Source: Halioglobus sp.
GTDB lineage: Bacteria > Pseudomonadota > Gammaproteobacteria > Pseudomonadales > Halieaceae
Direction: 5' to 3'
DNA length: 64,000 bases
Assembly (NCBI GenBank): GCA_041688425.1
Contig: JBDNIE010000365.1
Coordinates: 746 to 64,745 of the forward strand
Shown: positions 35,496-44,362 of the stretch, piece after piece
How the letters are laid out: each line of letters starts with the position of its first letter
Numbering within the stretch: the stretch's first letter is position 1
The notes under the pieces: model-generated
Seen by the model: only the letters and a program-made list of their open reading frames with translations
Databases searched by the model: none
What the model was told of the DNA's origin: nothing
Made by a program: the position numbers and the translations under genes

Positions 35496-35590
35496 TGCAC
35501 AGAACTGCATTCGGTATCGACACTACCGCGTTTTGTAACTCGCCGCGCACGCCATAATTCACCCATGAATGCAGATTGAAAGGTAAGCGT

Positions 35591-35932
35591 ATGAAACAAT
35601 CCACAAAAGCAATGCTGCTTTCAGCACTCGTTTTTCCGGGCGCAGGACACCTCTATTTGAAACGCTGGCTGGCCGGGCTTCTGTTGTCTGGTGCGGCGAC
35701 CGTCGCGCTGTACTTTATTGTAGCGCTGGCTTTGGACACCGCGCTGGATATCGTCGGGAAGATCGAAACTGGAACGGTGGTAGCCGACCCACTGGTAATC
35801 CAGGAAATGGTGTCGATACAGTTGCAAACGCATCAGCAGACCACCCGTATGGCAACGATTGCACTGTCTGCCTGCTGGTTGATAGGCATTATCGGGTCCT
35901 ATTGGATCGCCCGTAAAGAAGACCTCAACTGA
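35591..35932 (+). CDS. hypothetical membrane protein
   Basis: Three hydrophobic segments and a PGAGHLYLKRW motif. No family assigned. Confidence 0.5.
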   Translation: MKQSTKAMLLSALVFPGAGHLYLKRWLAGLLLSGAATVALYFIVALALDTALDIVGKIETGTVVADPLVIQEMVSIQLQTHQQTTRMATIALSACWLIGIIGSYWIARKEDLN

Positions 35933-35986
35933 GCGGCTTTATAATGATAAGCTGCACTACTAACTGATTGGCAGGATAAGAACACT

Positions 35987-36547
35987 ATGTCACTGGACGA
36001 ACTGCTTACCCACTATGGCTATTGGGCTGTTGCGATCGGTACCTTTCTGGAAGGAGAAACTATTCTCATACTCGGCGGATTTGCGGCGCATCGCGGCTTT
36101 CTGGAATTACCCTGGGTGATCGTGTGCGCAGCCCTGGGCAGCTTTGCCGGCGACCAGACATTCTTCCACATTGGCCGCATGAATGGTGAACGGATTTTAC
36201 AAAAGCGGCCTCACTGGAAGGCCAAGTCCACGAAAGTACTCGCGATGATGCACAAGAATCAAACGGCGCTGATTATCGGGTTCAGATTCCTCTACGGGAT
36301 TCGATCGGTGACGCCGTTTCTGCTGGGCGCGGCGAAAATTTCGCCGCTGAAGTTCTTTTTCCTGGATATGATAGGCGCGATAGTCTGGGCGGTAACCGTG
36401 GGCTGTTTAGGCTACTCCTTTGGCTACGCCATAGAAGCCGTGCTCGGTGACATTAAACACTACGAGATGGGCTTCTTCGGTGTGATGGCAGCCGTCGGCC
36501 TCGGCTTCTGGTTGTTCCGACTGCTGACCAGAAAACGCGCGCGCTAA
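35987..36547 (+). CDS. DedA family (SNARE-associated) membrane protein
   Basis: YGYWAVAIGTFLEGETILILGG, and FRFLYGIRSVTPF typical of DedA. Confidence 0.85.
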   Translation: MSLDELLTHYGYWAVAIGTFLEGETILILGGFAAHRGFLELPWVIVCAALGSFAGDQTFFHIGRMNGERILQKRPHWKAKSTKVLAMMHKNQTALIIGFRFLYGIRSVTPFLLGAAKISPLKFFFLDMIGAIVWAVTVGCLGYSFGYAIEAVLGDIKHYEMGFFGVMAAVGLGFWLFRLLTRKRAR

Positions 36548-36557
36548 CCGCCTCCTA

Positions 36558-38429
36558 TCAGGCGGCGCGCAGTGCACGCCCCAGTCGCTTGGTACCCAGG
36601 GTCTCGGTGGCCTGCCCGTCTTGCCAGACCGGCTCACCGTTGATCAATACCGTGGTCACCACGCCCTCGGAGCGATTGAACATCTGTTTATGTTTGAATA
36701 GCTCACGGTATTCAAACACCCGGTTATCATTAGAATCCCATGCTTTCAATGCCTCAGGGTCGACCAGCACAATGTCCGCCTGCGAGCCAATGTCCAGTCT
36801 GCCCACGTCCAAGCCAAAAAAGTCCGCAGGCTCGCGCGTCAATCGCTTCACCATAGTGCTCACGGTTTCCATAGACCTGGCCTGGGCCAGTTTCAGCGAC
36901 ATGAGATTGGCATCGAAGAACGCCATATTGGTGATGTGCGCGCCGGAATCGTTAAAACCGGGCATAGCGTGCTTGTAGAGCAAAATATCCAGTGTGGCGT
37001 GGTTGCCGACATTGCCCACATCCACCCAGAAACGGAATGATTTATCGTAAGTGCGCATCATGTGCAGCATGAAATCAGCATCGTCGCGAATAGGTCGCGG
37101 AAACTGCTCAAAAGCTTCGCGCTCAGCCTCAGACCGCGCGGCACCAACAGCGCCGTACTGAAAGCGCTCCAGCCGATCGTAAACAGCCTGCAAACTCTCA
37201 CCGTCCCAATCCGCCACCGGCGCACCGTCAAATATCATCAGGTGAAACTCCCGTATTACGATATTGTCTGGCAGGCCCATTTTCGTTTTGAGATGCGCCA
37301 GCGTGCGGCCGCGCCGACCGTAGTGCCAGTCGGCGCGAAAGCGGCGTGCAAACTCGGGATCATTGAGCAGAGCCATGCGCCCCTCAACGTCATCATACTC
37401 CTTGGCGATCAATTCGCAGGTCGACTCCAGCTCTTCGTACAGCGGCGAGACAATGCCGTCTGACCAGATACGAAAATTGGTGCCCAACGCCTGAAAGTGC
37501 AGATCACCCTTTAACAACCGGCTATTGACCAGCGCCGCAAAGCCGAGAAAGCCCTTGTGTGCCCCTGGCATCAACACAAACTCCATCACTGAGAGCGCGG
37601 ACGTCTTCAGCGTTTTACCAAACAAGCGGCCGCTGGAAAGCAGAAAATACAGAAAGGCCTTGGCACGATTCTCAATAATCGGCGTGGTCTGCCATACCCG
37701 ATTATGCTTTCGCACCACCTGCAACAGACGCTTCAACTCACCGAAACTGGCAAACTGGGTAGGAATACGTTTGGCCGTGAGGGGCTCGCTTGCCAGATAG
37801 TGAAACGGCAAACCATCCGTGCTCATGCCCAGGTAACCCTGCGCCATGCCGTCTTCCAGCAGTTGCTCCATGCGCACCAACTCCGCCTCCGTGGGCTTGC
37901 GGCTGACGCTGTCCTTGAGTCCCATGGCCTCCACCCTGAGCATGGAGTGAGGAATGAATGCGCCGATGTTGGGGCCCAGCGGTATATTTTCAAAGTGATC
38001 CATGTAGTCGCCGGTATTGTCCCATTGCACTGCCTCAACACATTGTCGCAACACGGACTTCGGGATGTTCTCTACCCGCGCAAAACAATCGACGATCGGG
38101 TTTTGCTGCTCAGTCTGCTGACTACCAAAACAGGTGCCCAGACTGCAGTTGCCCACCAGCACTGTGGTAGTGCCGTGGCGCACCACTTCTGGCAGGCCCG
38201 GCTCCAGATCGACTTCCAGATCCATGTGGGTATGGATATCGAGCAGGCCCGGCATCAGCCACTGGCCCTCGCCCTCTATCACGCGCGCGGCCTCAGTCGC
38301 GGGCAGCCCTGTGCCGCGTGCGGCAATACGCCCGTTCTTCACAGCAATGTCCACAGTCTGCGGTTCCATGCCGGTACCATCGATCACCAGCGCGTTGCGG
38401 ATCAACGTATCCCAGGTCTTTTCGGCCAT
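36558..38429 (-). CDS. amidohydrolase, N-acyl-D-amino-acid deacylase (D-aminoacylase) family
   Basis: IRNALVIDGTG..GLLDIHTHMD N-terminus and DIVLVDP near the C-terminus. Confidence 0.8.
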   Translation of the reverse strand: MAEKTWDTLIRNALVIDGTGMEPQTVDIAVKNGRIAARGTGLPATEAARVIEGEGQWLMPGLLDIHTHMDLEVDLEPGLPEVVRHGTTTVLVGNCSLGTCFGSQQTEQQNPIVDCFARVENIPKSVLRQCVEAVQWDNTGDYMDHFENIPLGPNIGAFIPHSMLRVEAMGLKDSVSRKPTEAELVRMEQLLEDGMAQGYLGMSTDGLPFHYLASEPLTAKRIPTQFASFGELKRLLQVVRKHNRVWQTTPIIENRAKAFLYFLLSSGRLFGKTLKTSALSVMEFVLMPGAHKGFLGFAALVNSRLLKGDLHFQALGTNFRIWSDGIVSPLYEELESTCELIAKEYDDVEGRMALLNDPEFARRFRADWHYGRRGRTLAHLKTKMGLPDNIVIREFHLMIFDGAPVADWDGESLQAVYDRLERFQYGAVGAARSEAEREAFEQFPRPIRDDADFMLHMMRTYDKSFRFWVDVGNVGNHATLDILLYKHAMPGFNDSGAHITNMAFFDANLMSLKLAQARSMETVSTMVKRLTREPADFFGLDVGRLDIGSQADIVLVDPEALKAWDSNDNRVFEYRELFKHKQMFNRSEGVVTTVLINGEPVWQDGQATETLGTKRLGRALRAA

Positions 38430-38648
38430 GGTAATTTCCTCCTAAGGGGTGTTACATGTAGGTCATAGTCGCGAGCGTTGTATAAAGCCACTGCCGAACG
38501 CTGTCGTCAACCCGCTAAATGCCGCACAGACTGGATAGTGACCGGGCATTGCGGCATCATCTATGTTCGCCCTGCCGTTGTCACCCCGTCATTGGGTGGC
38601 TGGGCACGCCCGTTTTAGAGCCCATAACCTTCTACAGGAGTCCGATCG

Positions 38649-40124
38649 ATGGACCCTATCGTCTTCGATAACAGCTATTCCCGTCTCCCGAACAGATTTT
38701 TCGCACGGCAGGAACCGGAACCCGTATCGACACCGGGCTCCATTCGGGTAAATGAGGAACTTGCCGCAACACTGGGCATCGACATCGACTGGCTCCATTC
38801 TGATACCGCGACAGCGGTGGTGGCAGGAAATGCCATGCCGCCCGGTGCCCAGCCAATTGCCACCGTATACGCCGGACACCAGTTCGGCGGCTTCAATCCG
38901 CAATTGGGGGATGGCCGCGCGGTACTGTTGGGCGAGGTCATAACACCAGACGGCAGGCGCTTTGACCTGCAACTGAAAGGTTCTGGACCCACGCCCTACT
39001 CCCGCGGTGGCGATGGCCGCTCACCGCTTGGCCCGGTGCTGCGCGAATATATTGTGAGTGAAGCCATGTACCGACTTGGCGTCCCCACCACACGGTCGCT
39101 CGCGGCGGCCACCACAGGGGACAGGGTAGCGCGCGAGCACTTTCTGCCAGGCGCCGTGCTGGCACGCGTGGCCAGCAGCCACATCCGCATCGGCACCTTT
39201 CAATTTTTTGCAGCACGCAAGGATACCGAGGCGCTGACGCTGCTGGCCGACCACGTTATTGATCGCCACTACCCGCAAGCGCGCAATAGTGACAACCCGA
39301 TGCTCGCACTGCTGGAAAACGTCATTACACGGCAGGCACAATTGATCGCGCAGTGGCAGCTACTGGGCTTTATCCACGGCGTGATGAATACCGACAATAT
39401 GCTCATTTGTGGCGAAACCGTCGACTACGGCCCCTGCGCATTTATGGATGAATTCAACCCGGCGCAGGTTTTCAGTTCAATTGATCACCAAGGGCGCTAT
39501 GCCTACCAAAACCAACCGAGCATGGCACACTGGAATCTGTCCTGCCTGGCACAGTCATTAGTACCGCTTTTGGACGAAGACCAGCAAGGTGCTGTCGCGC
39601 TGGCGCAGAAGGCCATCGATGCGTTTCCCCCGCAATTCCTGGATGCCAATACATTGGGCATGGCGCGCAAGCTGGGGCTGCAGAAAATCACCGATCAGGA
39701 CACAGCGCTGGTCGAAGAACTGTGGCAATTGATGGCGGAGCATAAACTCGATTTCACGCTGGCCTTTCGTCGCCTCGGCGACCTGGCTGACGAAAAAAGC
39801 GCAGCGCCGGATGTATCAGCACTGTTTAAATTCCCCGACGAAGCGCAGCCCTGGCTGGATCGCTGGCGCGCGCGTCTGGATCAGGACGCCCTGCCCGGCG
39901 CAGAGCGACAGGCCATGATGTACCGCGCTAACCCGGCGTTCATCCCGCGCAATCACCTGGTGGAAGCTACTATCGCCGCGGCGACTGGCAATGGAGATCT
40001 GAGCGTGTTCAACCAGTTGATGGCCGTGTTGGATAATCCGCACACCTACCGCGCGGAACTGGCACTCTACGCCACACCGCCCAGGCCGGAAGAGATCGTT
40101 CAGCAAACATTCTGCGGCACCTGA
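38649..40124 (+). CDS. selO: protein adenylyltransferase SelO (YdiU/UPF0061)
   Basis: FDNSYSRLP, YAGHQFGGFNPQLGDGRAVLLGEV, LKGSGPTPYSR and HGVMNTDNM, all characteristic of SelO. Confidence 0.9.
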   Translation: MDPIVFDNSYSRLPNRFFARQEPEPVSTPGSIRVNEELAATLGIDIDWLHSDTATAVVAGNAMPPGAQPIATVYAGHQFGGFNPQLGDGRAVLLGEVITPDGRRFDLQLKGSGPTPYSRGGDGRSPLGPVLREYIVSEAMYRLGVPTTRSLAAATTGDRVAREHFLPGAVLARVASSHIRIGTFQFFAARKDTEALTLLADHVIDRHYPQARNSDNPMLALLENVITRQAQLIAQWQLLGFIHGVMNTDNMLICGETVDYGPCAFMDEFNPAQVFSSIDHQGRYAYQNQPSMAHWNLSCLAQSLVPLLDEDQQGAVALAQKAIDAFPPQFLDANTLGMARKLGLQKITDQDTALVEELWQLMAEHKLDFTLAFRRLGDLADEKSAAPDVSALFKFPDEAQPWLDRWRARLDQDALPGAERQAMMYRANPAFIPRNHLVEATIAAATGNGDLSVFNQLMAVLDNPHTYRAELALYATPPRPEEIVQQTFCGT

Positions 40125-40237
40125 ACGAGCCTACAGCACTGCCAATCAACAGCTGGAGAGATATGAGAAAGTAATCCTTTTCAAGCACGACCAGGGTTAG
40201 ACTATCTGCCACTGAATTTTTATCCGAGACACTAACC

Positions 40238-40552
40238 ATGCTATGCACCTTTTCCAGCCCCGCCCACGGGGATGTAACAATGTTCGGCGATGTGGCTCTT
40301 GGAATGCTCAATATGATGGGACGCAGCGATACGATACCCAGTGCGCTCTATGCTGAAGACGTTCCTGCGGCGCTGGAGAAACTGCAGGCGGCGCTTGGCG
40401 CTGCGCGGTCGGCCTCCGGGCCGGATATTGCAGCCCAGAACGAGGACGACGAGCCAGCCGTGAGCAACTTGCACCGGGCTTTGCCGCTGATCGAGTTGCT
40501 CCAAGCTGCAATCAAGGAAAACTGCTCTGTTATGTGGGACAGCAATAAGTAA
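40238..40552 (+). CDS. DUF1840-like small protein
   Basis: MLCTFSSPAHGDVTMFGDVALGMLNMMG resembles the DUF1840 N-terminus as I recall it. Confidence 0.55.
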   Translation: MLCTFSSPAHGDVTMFGDVALGMLNMMGRSDTIPSALYAEDVPAALEKLQAALGAARSASGPDIAAQNEDDEPAVSNLHRALPLIELLQAAIKENCSVMWDSNK

Positions 40553-41088
40553 GGCGCAATATAGGTCCACATGCCTGCTGAAAAACCCGCTAACGCCACT
40601 CATAATATTTCCGCGATCAGCTTGTCAGGCTCTTCGTCTCGACAGACTTGACGCTAGAGCTACCACCCATGCTCCAACCACCGGGACCAGAAGGCTGCGC
40701 GCCAAGTAGAGTGCGTATAACAGCGCGGGCCCCAATAGCCAGCGCACCGCGACTGGCGCCACCGGGCGGGTCTGCGGAGACGTTTCCCGGCGCTTTCGGT
40801 TTGAATGTTGGCGGTCATCGCTGTGCTCATCGCTACGGTTACTCGGCTCGCAGTCATCGATTTTGTCATGCTCGACCCCGCTAGCCTTAAAAAGGGTGCA
40901 AGAGGTCGGACGCTGCGGAACCCACAGCCTGTGCGATACCGCACCTGCAACCGCAGGATCGACACACAAAATGTGGCAAATAGAGTCGCCAGCAGGGTAA
41001 GGAGGTCGTCTAAGGCGAGCCAAACCCGTATAATTGCGCGACTTATTAACCGCACAACCCATCGCTGCATGAGCACGCTATCTTGACT

Positions 41089-42750
41089 ATGGAATTCTTC
41101 GGTAAAACGCTATCTGGCCCTTTCACCATACCCTCGGGCATCGTCACCACCGCCACTCCGATCATTCAGTACATCTTTGATCACATGCCAGAGGTGGGCG
41201 TAGTCACTACCAAGAGTATCGGAATGGAGCCGCGCGCGGGGAATCGCGAGCCGGTGTATAGCCAGTATGCACCGGGCTGCTTTGTCAATGCGGTGGGGCT
41301 GACCAACCCGGGCGCATACGAATCGTTAGCGGCGCTGGCTGCCCTGAATATTCCTGAGGATCGGTTTCTGCTGACGTCAATTTTTGGCGGGAGCCTTGAG
41401 GAGTTCGTGGCGGTGGCCAAAATTCTGGCACCGGTGTCAGACGGGCTGGAACTGAATCTGTCCTGCCCGCATGCCAAAGGCTATGGCATGGCGATGGGAC
41501 AAGACCCTGACCTGGTCAGGGCGATTACAGCGGCCGTCAAAGCCGTGGTCGATATCCCGGTGATTCCCAAACTCACACCCAATACGCCAGACATCGCAAA
41601 AATTGCTAAGGCCGCTATTGCCGGCGGCGCCGACGGACTCTGTGCGATCAACACGGCGGGCCCCGGTTACACGGCCGCACACGGCCACGCCGTGCTCAGC
41701 AATGGCGCGGGCGGCATGTCGGGCAAAGGTATTTTGCCTATTGGCCTGAAGTGCGTGCGGGAGATTGCCGCAGCGGTAGATTGCCCGATTATAGGCTGCG
41801 GCGGTGTCAGCAGCGCCGATGATGCACGCGCTTACTTTGACGCAGGGGCAACGATCGTAGGGGTGGGCTCTGCACTCACGGGTTTAACCACCGACGAAAT
41901 TGGCACTTACTTCGAGACGCTCAGCAACGATTTGCAGCGCGGTAGCAACCGTGCCGAAGCGCAAATTCGCTATGACATTGATATGCAATTCCGCGCCGTC
42001 ACGCTGGTCGAAAACAAGCGCATCTGTAATGACATCGCTCTGCTCACCTTCAATCGAAAGATCAATATACAAGCAGGTGAGTTCATCTTCCTGTGGATAC
42101 CCGGGCTGGGCGAGAAGCCATTCTCGGCGTTGACCGATGACCCTTTTACGCTCGCCGTGATCGACCTGGGGCAATTCACCCATACGCTGATGGACCTGCC
42201 GCCCGGCACAGTGGCCTATGTGCGGGGTCCGCACGGCATTCCTGTGGCGCCACCGGAGGACGCGAAAATCATCGCGGTAGCGGGCGGCACCGGCCTTGCC
42301 GCCGTCTACCAGATCGCGCGTGATTTCGGCAATACCGAAATATTTTTTGGGGCCCGCAGCGCCGAACGCCTGTACTATCTCGAAGAGTGTCGTCGGGTCG
42401 CGCAAGTCCATGTAGCTACCGATGACGGCAGTGAAGGCTTCCACGGCGTCGTGACACAATTATTGCGTGAATACCTGGAGTCGCTTAGCGAGGCCGAGCG
42501 CGCGCAATTGATTTTTTACAACTGTGGGCCCGCGCCAATGGTGCATGCCGCAAATGCGGTGCAGCTGGAATTCTGCCGCGCCGACCAGGTGTTCAGTTCC
42601 ATCGATTACCTCACCAAGTGTGGGGTGGGCATTTGCGGGGCTTGTGCGACCCCAGACGGACGCCGTCTGTGCGTCGATGGTCCGTTTCTATCGCTGCCCC
42701 AAACAACTAATATAAAAGAAAGGAGTGATTCGCAAGATGCCAGCCGGTAA
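41089..42750 (+). CDS. fusion protein: class-1B-type dihydroorotate dehydrogenase-like catalytic domain (PyrD) + PyrK-like FAD/[2Fe-2S] electron-transfer domain
   Basis: N-half: GVVTTKSIG, NAVGLTNPG, LELNLSCPHAKGYG, KLTPN, GGVSS. C-half: ferredoxin-reductase fold and cluster motif CGVGICGACATPDGRRLCVDGP. Confidence 0.8.
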   Translation: MEFFGKTLSGPFTIPSGIVTTATPIIQYIFDHMPEVGVVTTKSIGMEPRAGNREPVYSQYAPGCFVNAVGLTNPGAYESLAALAALNIPEDRFLLTSIFGGSLEEFVAVAKILAPVSDGLELNLSCPHAKGYGMAMGQDPDLVRAITAAVKAVVDIPVIPKLTPNTPDIAKIAKAAIAGGADGLCAINTAGPGYTAAHGHAVLSNGAGGMSGKGILPIGLKCVREIAAAVDCPIIGCGGVSSADDARAYFDAGATIVGVGSALTGLTTDEIGTYFETLSNDLQRGSNRAEAQIRYDIDMQFRAVTLVENKRICNDIALLTFNRKINIQAGEFIFLWIPGLGEKPFSALTDDPFTLAVIDLGQFTHTLMDLPPGTVAYVRGPHGIPVAPPEDAKIIAVAGGTGLAAVYQIARDFGNTEIFFGARSAERLYYLEECRRVAQVHVATDDGSEGFHGVVTQLLREYLESLSEAERAQLIFYNCGPAPMVHAANAVQLEFCRADQVFSSIDYLTKCGVGICGACATPDGRRLCVDGPFLSLPQTTNIKERSDSQDASR

Positions 42751-44101
42751 GGGAGTTTACAATGCACCGTGGGAGAAATCGTTTGATCGATTGCTGACAC
42801 CACTGGAAGAGTTTATCCATCGCCAAACTACCAGCGGCGTGCTGCTGATGATCTGCGGCGTAATTGCACTGGTGATAGCCAACGGTCCGTTTCATGAGCA
42901 GTACCAACACATCCTGCATACAAAAATCGGCATCTATATCGGCGGCTTCAACTTTTCCCTGACGATTCACCATTGGATCAACGAACTGCTCATGGCGATG
43001 TTTTTCTTCATCATGGGCCTGGAATTGAAGCGCGAGTTAATGGTGGGGGAGCTATCGACTCCCAAGCAGGCGCTGCTGCCTATTATGGCCGCTATTGGCG
43101 GGATGGTGGTTCCCGCCGCGTTCTATCTGGTTTTCAACATGTCTGGTCCGGGCAGCAGCGGCTGGGGCATCCCAATGGCCACCGATATCGCTTTCGCCAT
43201 CGGCGCACTGAGCCTGCTGGGCAGTCGCGTACCCAAAAGCCTGGTGACGTTCCTCATCGCCCTGGCCATTGTCGATGACCTCGGCGCAGTCGCCGTCATC
43301 GCCCTGTTCTATACAGAAGACCTGAATCTGGTAGCGCTGGCTTACGCCGGCCTTTGCACACTGCTGCTGTTTGCCCTGAACCTTGGCGGAATCCGCAGGC
43401 CCCTGCCCTATGCCGCTGTGGGCGCATTGCTGTGGGCAGCGATGCTCAGCTGCGGTATACACGCCACCATCGCCGGCATAGTGGTGGCCTTTATGATTCC
43501 CATTCGGCCCAAATTCGAACCGCAGGTATTCGTTGAGAGAGTGAAGGAGACTTCCTTGAAGATGCAGCAGTCCATCGAGGAGCAGGCGGATATTATCAAG
43601 AACAACCATTTCCGCTCGCTGGTAACCTCACTGGACGATGGCGTGCGACTGGTGCAGGCGCCTGCACAGCGCCTTGAGCACTCTTTACACCTGCCAGTCG
43701 CCTATCTGGTGATCCCTATTTTCGCCCTGGCCAATGCCGGCATCCCGGTCAACTTCGCCGGGTTCTCGCAGTATTTCCAGCACCCCATTACGCTGGGTGT
43801 GTTGGCCGGTCTCCTGCTGGGCAAACCCGTAGGTATCGTCGGACTCACCTGGCTGACCGTAAAAATGGGCTGGGCTGAATTGCCGAAAGGGTTGAACATG
43901 AAGCACATCTTCGGTGTCAGCCTACTTGGCGGCATCGGCTTTACGATGTCAATTTTTATCGCCGACTTGGGATTTGCCAATTCACCCGAGAACCTACTGA
44001 TGGCGAAAACCGGTATTCTCATGGCCTCGGCCATCGCAGGTTTCGGCGGCTTCTTCTGGTTGATGATGCACACCACAAAGCCAGGGAAGGAGCAGCATTG
44101 A
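42737..44101 (+). CDS. nhaA: Na+/H+ antiporter NhaA
   Basis: WINELLMAMFFFIMGLELKRE, ATDIAFA and IVDDLGAV, all classic NhaA boxes. ATG 42737 behind AAAGGAG overlaps the upstream stop by 14 nt. Confidence 0.9.
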   Translation: MPAGKGVYNAPWEKSFDRLLTPLEEFIHRQTTSGVLLMICGVIALVIANGPFHEQYQHILHTKIGIYIGGFNFSLTIHHWINELLMAMFFFIMGLELKRELMVGELSTPKQALLPIMAAIGGMVVPAAFYLVFNMSGPGSSGWGIPMATDIAFAIGALSLLGSRVPKSLVTFLIALAIVDDLGAVAVIALFYTEDLNLVALAYAGLCTLLLFALNLGGIRRPLPYAAVGALLWAAMLSCGIHATIAGIVVAFMIPIRPKFEPQVFVERVKETSLKMQQSIEEQADIIKNNHFRSLVTSLDDGVRLVQAPAQRLEHSLHLPVAYLVIPIFALANAGIPVNFAGFSQYFQHPITLGVLAGLLLGKPVGIVGLTWLTVKMGWAELPKGLNMKHIFGVSLLGGIGFTMSIFIADLGFANSPENLLMAKTGILMASAIAGFGGFFWLMMHTTKPGKEQH

Positions 44102-44362
44102 GGGCTGCTCAGTGGCTTACACAAACTTCCCGACAACGCCTGCGCACATTGGCGCTCGCCACGCTACTGCAGCCCTCCGCTCACGCACCATTCTCCCGGC
44201 TGTCACCATTCACTTAGGTTTCACTAAACTATCAACACGACATTTTCCCGACATAAATCCTTCATTTTTCCTTCATTCATGATTCACTAAAAAGTCATGG
44301 TCAACGTGTAACTTTGTCGGCTTACGCCTGCAACCCAAACAGACCTTTTTAGGAGTGAACGA

